The translations under genes and the position numbers were made by a program. Below are positions 30,596 to 38,316 of a DNA stretch of 64,000 nucleotides, piece by piece (the first letter of the stretch is position 1; the number at the start of each line of letters is the position of its first letter). The DNA comes from Alphaproteobacteria bacterium (GTDB taxonomy: Bacteria > Pseudomonadota > Alphaproteobacteria > UBA828). The notes below the pieces were generated by a model, which saw nothing but the letters and a program-made list of their open reading frames with translations, had not been told where the DNA came from and ran no database searches. The DNA lies in the NCBI GenBank assembly GCA_965237415.1, contig CBDEFM010000002.1, forward strand, positions 2,464,001 through 2,528,000, given 5' to 3'.

Positions 30596-31603
30596 ATGGC
30601 CGAGCGTTCATTCGCCAAGGAAGTTCAGGATCTGCGCATCGGCGCGGGGCAGGAGTTCCGCGGCGAGGGAATACTGGCGATTACCAAGGCTCTGCTGGAA
30701 TGCGGCGTCGGCTATGTGGGCGGCTATCCGGGCGCACCGGTTTCGCACTTGATCGACGTGCTCTCCGACGCCGAGGAAATCCTGGGCGAGCTCGGAGTGA
30801 ATTTCGAGGCCAACGCCAGCGAGGCCGCGGCAGCCGCCATGTTGGCCGCCTCCGTCAACTATCCGATCCGGGGCGCGGTCACCTTCAAGGGGCCCGTCGG
30901 AGCGAATGTCGCAGCCGATGCGCTCGCCAATCTCTCCTCCGGCGGAGTGACGGGGGGCGCGCTGGTGATCCTCGGCGAGGACTACGGCGAAGGTTCCTCG
31001 ATCATGCAGGAGCGCACCCATGCCTTCGCCACCAAGTCCCAGCTCTGGCTGCTGGACCCGCGGCCGAACCTGCCCTCCATCGTGAAGGCGGTGCGGGACG
31101 GCTTCGAGCTGTCCGAGGCGTCCCACACGCCGGTGATCCTGGAGGTCCGAATCCGCGCCTGCCATGTCTACGGCGCCTTCGAGGCAGAGGACAATCGGCC
31201 CCCGCCGCTTACCGTGCGGACCGACGGGGTGCTCTGGTTCGGCGCGCTCTACCTCCTCGCCGCCGCAAAGCGGTGGCGGCGCGGCATGCTCCGCCACCGG
31301 GTCGAGACGGCGCATCTGGAGCGCTGGCTCGCGCTCGCGCTGGAGACGGCGCGGCAGGACCGCGCGCTCGCGGCAGAGATCGTGGCCTGCCGACGGCTGA
31401 TCAAGGGCTATTCCGACACACGCGTGCGCGGCGAGGCCAAGTTCGACAAGGTGCTCGCCGCGCTCCCCATGCTGGAGGGGCGGGTCGACGCGGCCGATTG
31501 GCTCCGCCGGCTGCGCGAGGCCGCGCTTCGGGACGAGAAGGGCGAGGCCCTGGAGGGGGCGCTGAAGACGGTGGCGTCGTTTGCGACGAAGGAAGCGGCC
31601 TAA
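30596..31603 (+). pseudogene. In-frame chimera of indolepyruvate ferredoxin oxidoreductase alpha N-terminus and beta C-terminus
   Basis: MAERSFAKEV...GYPGAP...GEDYGEGSSIMQERTH (IorA N-terminus) joins at about 31215 to RRLIKGYSDT..RG...LREAAL.DE.G (IorB C-terminus); only about 335 aa in total. Confidence 0.75.
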
Positions 31604-31628
31604 TCTGACGACGATGCGCAGGAGCGCC

Positions 31629-32433
31629 ATGACGCGAGGGTTGTCCGAGCTCTATCGGGAAGACCCCTACAAGGCCGACCACCTGATTGTTTGGGCGCGT
31701 GACCCATCCCGATAGGCGCGGGTTCCTCAAGAACGCCGGTCTGGCCGCCATGGCGGCGCTGGTCGGCGGGACGATCCCCTTCCACCGCAGCATGCCGGCG
31801 CATTTCATTCCCGTAGCGCTTGCTGACGACAGCATCATTCAGGGCAAGGACGGCCTGGTCGAGAGCCCGCTGACCCTCGGTATCGACGACCTCAAGCGCA
31901 GGTTCGATGTCGTCACCCGCGCGCTGACGCTGGAGTGCGCCGGCAACGGCCGCGCCTTCTTCGATCCGCCGGCCGACGGCGCGCAGTGGACCTACGGCGC
32001 CATCGCCTGCTCGGAGTGGACGGGAGTTCGCCTCGCCGATGTGCTCAAGGCGGCAGGCGTGAAGAGCACCGTCGTCTACACCGCGCACGAGGGCGCGGAT
32101 ACGCACCCCTCCGGCGAGCCGGACGTCCGCCCGATCTCGCGCGGCGTGCCGATCGCCAAGGCCATGGACCCGAACACCCTCGTTGCCTTCGCCCAGAACG
32201 GCCGGCCCATTCACCCCATGAACGGCGCGCCGCTGCGCCTGGTCGTCCCCGGATGGCCGGGGTCGTGCTCGCAAAAATGGCGCGCCTCGATTGAGTTTCC
32301 GGGACCCGGATACTACGAGATCTGGGCCAGGGCGACGGATTCCGAGGGCGTCGGCCAGCCCCACGCCATCGCCTGGAACCCGAAGGGCTACCTCAACAAC
32401 GCGCTCCACCGCGTCGCGGTCACGGTGGGTTAG
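31629..32433 (+). pseudogene. Tat-exported sulfite oxidase-family molybdoenzyme with a frameshift and two internal deletions
   Basis: RRGFLK Tat motif, LECAGNGR Mo-Cys, GAPLRLVVPGW, WARATD, WNPKGYLNN; +1 frameshift at 31686; segments apparently missing after GKDGL and SQKW. Confidence 0.75.
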
Positions 32434-32527
32434 CCCGGACCATGGTGCGGTACACGGCGTGCGGCGGGCGCATCAGGATCGCGCCATGCAGGGCGAGAGC
32501 GAGCGAGCCACGGCGGGCGGAGTGCAC

Positions 32528-32726
32528 GGGCGCGCGCAAACCTGTTCCGCGCGCACGAACCTATGTGACGCGCGCGTGACCTTATATGCCGCGCGCACGA
32601 CCCTGCGGGCGTGCGCGACTCAGGCACGCGCGACGCCGGCGTGCCTGACCCAATATTCCGCCCGCACGACCCTGCGGGCGTGCGCGACATCCCACTTATC
32701 CCACTTAATCCCGGCGAATCCCGCTT
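32528..32726. repeat. Structured intergenic repeat: four 21-bp units, a 50-bp direct repeat with 69-bp period, hairpins and ATCCC micro-repeats
   Basis: 32570-32619 vs 32639-32688 match at 44/50 positions with a perfect 26-bp core CGCACGACCCTGCGGGCGTGCGCGAC; perfect inverted repeat TCAGGCACGC/GCGTGCCTGA at 32620-32648. Confidence 0.85.
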
Positions 32727-32886
32727 CAAGAAAAGTGTTTCGCGCGCGTCCCGCGCAAGACAGGCCGCAACCGGGGTGAGCAATCCAAGATAGTTCTTGC
32801 GCTCCCTGCCCTCGGCGGTTTATTCCGCCGCTCCCCGGACGGAGCGTGTTGCCCCGCCGGCACCGCCACCCCACATCCGCATTGCC

Positions 32887-34137
32887 ATGACCACGACGCT
32901 TCGGCAGCTGGCCGCGCTGCTGCTCAGCACGGCAATCCTCTTCACCGGCAACGGGCTGATCAATACGCTCCTGCCCGTGCGGGCCGAGATCGAGGCCTTC
33001 TCGACGCTCGAGATCGGCCTGCTCGGCACTGTCTATTTCGCGGGCTTCATCCTCGGCTGCCTCAACGTGCCCCTCGTCGTGCGCCGTGTCGGCCACATCA
33101 GGACCTTCGCGACGCTTTCCAGCGTCATCGCCGCCACGGCGCTCGCCCATGTCTTCCTCATCGACCCGATCGCTTGGGGCGTGCTGCGCTTCTTCGCGGG
33201 CTTCGCGTTCGCCGGACTATACGTCGTGATCGAGAGCTGGCTGAACGACCGCGCCGCCTCCGCCAACCGCGGCGCCATAATGTCGGCCTACACCTTCATC
33301 AGCCTCTGCGTGCTGATGGCCGGGCAGTTCCTGCTGACGGCCTACGACCCGGCAGGGGTTGAGTTGTTCGCGCTGGTCGCCATTCTCATCGCGATCGCGC
33401 TGGTTCCGGTATCGCTGACCAAGGCGCCGGAGCCGCCCAGGCCTGCGACCATCGGCCTCGACATCGCGGGCCTCTGGCGCCTCTCGCCGGTGGGGTTTGT
33501 GGGGTGCCTGAGCGTCGGCCTCGTCAACGGCTCGTTCTGGACGCTGGGGCCCATCTTCGCCAGCCGCAGCGGCCTCGACATCGACAATCTGGTCTACTTC
33601 ATCGCGGGCGCGACGCTCGCCGGTGCGGTTGCACAATGGCCGCTCGGCCTGATCTCCGACCGCATCGACCGGCGCTTCGTGATCATCGGCGCGACTCTCT
33701 GCGCGGCCGCGAGCGGCGTGCTGCTCAGCACCTGGGCGGAACCGTCCACCACCCTGCTGATCGGGCTCTCTGCCGCCTTCGGCGGCTTCGCCATGCCGCT
33801 CTACGCCGTGTCGGTGGCCCACGCGAACGACATGGCGGAGGATACCCGCTTCGTGACGACCGCCGGTGGGCTACTGCTCGTCTACGGGCTGGGCGCCTCG
33901 CTCGGGCCGCTGATCGCCTCTGCGCTGATGGGGTATTACGGCAACGGCGGCTTGTTCATGTTCACGACGTCCGTCCACGCGGCGCTCGCGCTCTTCACCA
34001 TCGTCCGCATCGCGCTCCGGCGGAGGCCGACGCAGGAGGACCGCAGCGACTTCGTGGCGGTGCCGCGCACCTCGCCCACCCTTTATGAGCTGGACCCGCG
34101 CTCCGAGCCGGAATCGGACGGCGACAAGCGGCGCTGA
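32887..34137 (+). CDS. MFS transporter (YcaD-like)
   Basis: About 12 TM helices, VRRVGHIR, ESWLN, SDRIDRR, AHAND motifs. Confidence 0.9.
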   Translation: MTTTLRQLAALLLSTAILFTGNGLINTLLPVRAEIEAFSTLEIGLLGTVYFAGFILGCLNVPLVVRRVGHIRTFATLSSVIAATALAHVFLIDPIAWGVLRFFAGFAFAGLYVVIESWLNDRAASANRGAIMSAYTFISLCVLMAGQFLLTAYDPAGVELFALVAILIAIALVPVSLTKAPEPPRPATIGLDIAGLWRLSPVGFVGCLSVGLVNGSFWTLGPIFASRSGLDIDNLVYFIAGATLAGAVAQWPLGLISDRIDRRFVIIGATLCAAASGVLLSTWAEPSTTLLIGLSAAFGGFAMPLYAVSVAHANDMAEDTRFVTTAGGLLLVYGLGASLGPLIASALMGYYGNGGLFMFTTSVHAALALFTIVRIALRRRPTQEDRSDFVAVPRTSPTLYELDPRSEPESDGDKRR

Positions 34138-34212
34138 TGCGGTCATGCTTGCGCGATTCTGGCGGACGCCTCGCCGCGTCCCGGCCGCTCTCGCAGACCG
34201 TGAGGAGGCCTC

Positions 34213-35100
34213 TTGACCACCATTCCGGGTTCCGGGCCCGATCGCGGCCGCATCACGGGCCGTCTCTGGGTGCTCTCGGCCGGGCTCTGCATGAGCCTCG
34301 GCGGGCCGATCATCCGGCTCGCCGACGACAGCACTCCGTGGCAGTTCCTCTTTTACCGCTCCCTCGGCGCGGCGGCGATCATCCTCGTCTATTTCCTCGT
34401 CACCCGCCGCCCGGTGCTGGACCTGGTTCGAAGCGCGGGCGTGAACGGACTGGTGGGCGGCCTCGGGCTCGCGGTCGCGTTCACCGGTTATGTGTGGGGT
34501 GTCATGCACTCCACGGTGGCGAATGCGCTCTTCTTGATCAGCGCATCGCCGCTGTTTGCGGCGTTCCTCGGCTGGATGGTGCTGCGCGAGCGGGTGGCCC
34601 GTTCCATGTGGTTCGCTATGTTCGGCGTGATCGCCGGTGTCACCATCATGATCGGAGAGGGTCTGGCCGAGGCCGATCTGCTCGGCGATCTGGCGGCGCT
34701 CGCCTCGGCCGTGGGGTTCGCCGTCTTCTCGGTCGCCATCCGGCGCGGCCGCGACACCGACATGTCGCCGACGATCCTGATCGGTGCGGCGATCACCGCC
34801 GCATTCAGCGCGGTGATGGCGGCAGCCGGCGGCACCGGTCTCGCGGCACCGATGATGGATGTGGGGCTGGCCGCGGCCTACGGGGTGCTGGTCATCGGCG
34901 CCGGTATCTTCATGCTGACCATCGGTGCCCGGAACGTGCCAGCGGCCGAGCTCCTGGTATTGTCGCTGACCGAAGTGGTGTTCGCGTCGATCTGGGTCTG
35001 GCTCGCCTTCGGCGAGGTGCCGAGCGTCCTCACCCTCGTCGGCGGGTTGATCATCCTCGGCAGCATTGGGGGCCAGGCCGTCGTCGGGATGCGACGATAG
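34213..35100 (+). CDS. DMT/EamA family transporter
   Basis: About 10 TM helices with two EamA repeats (LRERV, FGEVPS). Confidence 0.88.
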   Translation: MTTIPGSGPDRGRITGRLWVLSAGLCMSLGGPIIRLADDSTPWQFLFYRSLGAAAIILVYFLVTRRPVLDLVRSAGVNGLVGGLGLAVAFTGYVWGVMHSTVANALFLISASPLFAAFLGWMVLRERVARSMWFAMFGVIAGVTIMIGEGLAEADLLGDLAALASAVGFAVFSVAIRRGRDTDMSPTILIGAAITAAFSAVMAAAGGTGLAAPMMDVGLAAAYGVLVIGAGIFMLTIGARNVPAAELLVLSLTEVVFASIWVWLAFGEVPSVLTLVGGLIILGSIGGQAVVGMRR

Positions 35101-35114
35101 GCGGGCCGGCTCAC

Positions 35115-36422
35115 TCACTCCACCTTGGAGGGACCCTGGCGGACGAGCTTCGTGCCGAAGCCGCGACCCCTGGCGATGGCGTCCTCGCCGAATTTCTCGC
35201 GCACCGCGTCAAGCGCCTTGCCGATCTTGTCCTCGGCAGGCGCGGCGCCGCCGAAGAGGTCGCCTTGGATGCTCCCACCGGCCTCGACCGCCTCGCCCGC
35301 CTGAATGAGGGCATGGGCGCCGATCCCGATCAGGCGGAAGGCACGGCCGTCGGCCTCCCGCGCAAGCAACGGCGCGGCCGCGCGGAACATCTCGTCTGCC
35401 GATTGGGTGGCGGCGCTCAAGCGGCGGGCGCGGGTGACGGTGCGAAAGTCGGCGGTCTTGAGCTTGAGCGTGACGCCCCCGCCGGCGAGGCCGGCCTTCT
35501 TCATGCGCCGCGCCACTGTCTCGGTGAGCCGCCAGAGGATCGGCCGCAGCCGCTCCGGATCGGACAGGTCCTCATCGAGCGTGATTTCGGAGGAGATGCT
35601 CTTGGTCTCGCGCTCAGGATTGACCGCCCGGTCGTCCTCGCCTCGGGCGAAGTGATGGAGCCGGCTGCCGATCTTGCCGTATCGCGCGGTGAGCGTCGCT
35701 TCGTCGAGGCGGGCGAGCTCACCGATGCGCGTGATGCCATCTTGCGCGAGGCGTCTCTGCATCGCCGCGCCCACGCCCCACAGCAGCCCCACCGGCTTGT
35801 CGGCGAGGAAGGCGCGGGCTTCGGCCCGGCCGATCACGGCGAAGCCCCGCGGCTTGTCCAAGTCGGAGGCGATCTTGGCCAGAAACTTGTTGTAGCTGAG
35901 GCCGATGGAGACGGTGATGGAGAGTGCCCCCTCCACCCGGCGCGCCAACGCCGCCAGGGTCTCCGCCGCGCTCGCGCGGTGCAGGGCCTCGGTGCCGGAG
36001 AGGTCCATGAACGCCTCGTCGATGGAGAGCGGCTCCACGAGCGGCGTGCAGTCCAGCATCATCGCGCGGACCTCGCGGCCCACGGCCGTGTACTTCTTCA
36101 TGTCGGGCTTGATGACTTCGGCCTCGGGGCAGGCACGAAGTGCCTTGAACATGGGCATGGCGGAGCGCACGCCGTAGGTGCGGGTGATGTAGCAGCAGGC
36201 GGCGACCACGCCCCGGTGGCGGCCGCCGACGATCACGGGGCGGTCGCGGAGCTCCGGGCGGTCGCGCTTCTCGATCGCGGCGTAGAAGGCGTCGCAGTCG
36301 AGATGGGCGATGGTGAGATCGTGAAGCTCCGCGTGGCTCAGCACACGCGCGGAGCCGCAGGCCGGGCAGGTGCCGGTCGAGCCGAGCGGCCGGTGGCCGC
36401 AATCGCGGCACAGGGTTTGCAC
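35115..36422 (-). CDS. dinB: DNA polymerase IV
   Basis: N-terminal CxxC...CxxC, HLDCDAFYAAIE, SIDEAF, KIASDLDKP; GTG start at 36422. Confidence 0.95.
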   Translation of the reverse strand: MQTLCRDCGHRPLGSTGTCPACGSARVLSHAELHDLTIAHLDCDAFYAAIEKRDRPELRDRPVIVGGRHRGVVAACCYITRTYGVRSAMPMFKALRACPEAEVIKPDMKKYTAVGREVRAMMLDCTPLVEPLSIDEAFMDLSGTEALHRASAAETLAALARRVEGALSITVSIGLSYNKFLAKIASDLDKPRGFAVIGRAEARAFLADKPVGLLWGVGAAMQRRLAQDGITRIGELARLDEATLTARYGKIGSRLHHFARGEDDRAVNPERETKSISSEITLDEDLSDPERLRPILWRLTETVARRMKKAGLAGGGVTLKLKTADFRTVTRARRLSAATQSADEMFRAAAPLLAREADGRAFRLIGIGAHALIQAGEAVEAGGSIQGDLFGGAAPAEDKIGKALDAVREKFGEDAIARGRGFGTKLVRQGPSKVE

Positions 36423-36545
36423 AGGCCGATCATAGGACTGGATCCGGGCCGAGCGAAGCCGCGCATCCACCGCCAAGCCACCGACCCGGATGAGGATGTC
36501 GCCTTGTGGCGCCGCGAAGCGCACTTCCACCCGCCTGCCGGTAGG

Positions 36546-37760
36546 CTACTCGAAGCCGCAGGCCGCCGCCGTCGTACCGATCGATGCCCAGCGGCTCTCA
36601 CGGTCTCCAAAGCATCCGTCGCGCCACGCCCCTTCGTAGGTGGCGCCGTCGCCTTGGACGTACGTTCCCTGGCCATGCGGCCTGCCTTCGCGCCATCCGC
36701 CCTCGTAGCGCTGGCCGTTGGCGCCGACGTAGGTTCCGTATCCGTGCTGTTTGCCGTCGCGAAGTTCGCCCTCGTAGCGGAAGCCGTTGGACCACTCGAA
36801 GACGCCGCGTCCGTGCATCTTGCCGGCCTGCATGCCGCCCTCGTACACCCCTTCGCCGCCGCGAAAGACCAAGCGTCCTTCGCCGGAGGCCTTGTCATCC
36901 ACGCAGGCGCCCGACCAGGTGAAGGGCTCGTAGTCCCTGTTGCCGTAGTTCCACACCTGGCAGGGCTCGTTCACGGCAATCGACCAGCTCGGGCCGACGG
37001 GCTCGAGAGGGGATACCGTTTTCGCCGTCGCCGTGGTCGACGCCGGCTGGGGCGCCTCCCGCACCGCCCGCAAGAGCGGTGCGTAGATGTACGCCGTGTC
37101 GCCGCTACGCGGATACGCCACCCGCAGCCAATCGCGCCTCCGCACTTCGCCGGTGACGCGCAGCTCGTCGCCGGTCATCACCGTCCCCACGATGTCGTAG
37201 TCGGGACCGGGGCCGGTCCTGACATTGGCCGCCTCTCTCGCCGACATCAGACGGTCCACCGGCTTCACCCGGTAGCGGTCTCTCGGCGGGCCCTCCAGCG
37301 CCGGCTCTTCGTCCCGCTCGCTCGCAATACTGTCGTCCGGGTCAGGGTCATCGGTGCCGCACTTTGACCGCTCGAACGAGAAGTGCCCGACGCACGCCCG
37401 CGCTTGCTCCCGGAAGAGCGATAGACAGGCGGCGAACTCCTGGTTCTCGGTCTCGGTCGCAAACTCGGTGTTGTCCCAGCAGAGCGCGATCTTGCGGTCG
37501 ATGGTGCCGAGGCATTGCGCTCGCTGCGCGGGAAGGTCCGTGTAGGACACACCCTCGATATCGCCGTGCCTGGGCTTGACCACCTGCCCGTCGGGCGTAT
37601 CGCAACTGAAGGGGAAAGCCCGGATACGCGTCTCCGCCGCTTCGGCGCTCGACCACAGCGTCAGTGCGACAAGCCCCGCCGCCACCGCCGAGAAAACGCT
37701 CATTCCCACTCGGTACTGCACGTCCCGCACCAGCCGCCGAGCTCGACCTGACCGTGCCAT
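36546..37760 (-). CDS. Secreted protein with Cys-rich N-domain, SH3b domain and C-terminal MORN repeats
   Basis: Signal peptide ending AEA; NVRTGPG...WLRV (SH3b); repeated YEG.....HG.G units; SD GGGAGG upstream. Confidence 0.8.
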   Translation of the reverse strand: MARSGRARRLVRDVQYRVGMSVFSAVAAGLVALTLWSSAEAAETRIRAFPFSCDTPDGQVVKPRHGDIEGVSYTDLPAQRAQCLGTIDRKIALCWDNTEFATETENQEFAACLSLFREQARACVGHFSFERSKCGTDDPDPDDSIASERDEEPALEGPPRDRYRVKPVDRLMSAREAANVRTGPGPDYDIVGTVMTGDELRVTGEVRRRDWLRVAYPRSGDTAYIYAPLLRAVREAPQPASTTATAKTVSPLEPVGPSWSIAVNEPCQVWNYGNRDYEPFTWSGACVDDKASGEGRLVFRGGEGVYEGGMQAGKMHGRGVFEWSNGFRYEGELRDGKQHGYGTYVGANGQRYEGGWREGRPHGQGTYVQGDGATYEGAWRDGCFGDRESRWASIGTTAAACGFE

Positions 37761-37839
37761 GCCAAGGGTGCCTCCCAATATGCTCGAAGTATAGTACAGA
37801 TGGTGACCGGAACGCGTCCCGAAGACGCACGTCACCCGC

Positions 37840-38316
37840 ATGGCCAAGGGTGGACCCTGCTTGGCGCCGTCACGGGACGCTGGAAGGAGGCCGCCGATAG
37901 ACGCCGACGAGATCATCGCTCGTTACGCGCTGACGCCGCACCCGGAAGGCGGTCACTACCGCGAGATATTTCGCGCCTCCGCCAAGGACGGCGGCCGCGG
38001 CGCGGTAACCTCCATCTACTACCTGCTGCGGACGGGGGAGGTCTCCGCCTGGCATCGGATCGATGCGGTGGAGATCTGGCATTATCACGCCGGCGCTGCG
38101 CTCAGGCTCGAGCTCTCGCTCGACGGCGTGACGAAGGCAACCCATCGTCTGGGGGTGAGCGACGGCGCGTGGCCCCAGGTCACGGTTCCTGTCGGCGCTT
38201 GGCAGAGTGCCCGTTCGGAAGGCGACTGGACGCTGGTCGGCTGCACGGTGGCACCCGCTTTCGAGTTCGCGGGCTTCGAGCTCGCCCCACCCGGCTGGCA
38301 CCCGGGACGGAGCTAA
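37840..38316 (+). CDS. Cupin_5 (DUF985) family protein
   Basis: PHPEGGHYRE, TSIYYLL, WHR, EIWHYHAG, VGCTVAPAFEF; the true start may be at 37897 (ATA). Confidence 0.88.
   Translation: MAKGGPCLAPSRDAGRRPPIDADEIIARYALTPHPEGGHYREIFRASAKDGGRGAVTSIYYLLRTGEVSAWHRIDAVEIWHYHAGAALRLELSLDGVTKATHRLGVSDGAWPQVTVPVGAWQSARSEGDWTLVGCTVAPAFEFAGFELAPPGWHPGRS

Noticed and set aside
32570-32688. Mini-CRISPR array (the reverse-strand core starts GTCGCGC like type I-C repeats)
   Set aside because: Only two copies, the 'spacer' is itself part of the larger duplication and palindromic, there is no ATTGAAAC-type end, and no cas genes are in the window.
32291-32779. ORF with heptad peptide repeats (ARTTLRA)
   Set aside because: It overlaps the molybdoenzyme gene and the periodicity is explained by the DNA repeat; no RBS or protein-like composition.
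34137-37367. 1076-aa plus-strand ORF and other long overlapping ORFs (e.g. 5912-7906, 25792-28026, 28745-30568)
   Set aside because: Shadow frames of real genes in GC-rich DNA, Arg/Ala/Gly-rich with no motifs.
37862-37875. 14-mer TGGCGCCGTCACGG shared with 58314-58327
   Set aside because: Matches of this length are expected by chance in 64 kb of high-GC sequence, and similarity does not extend.
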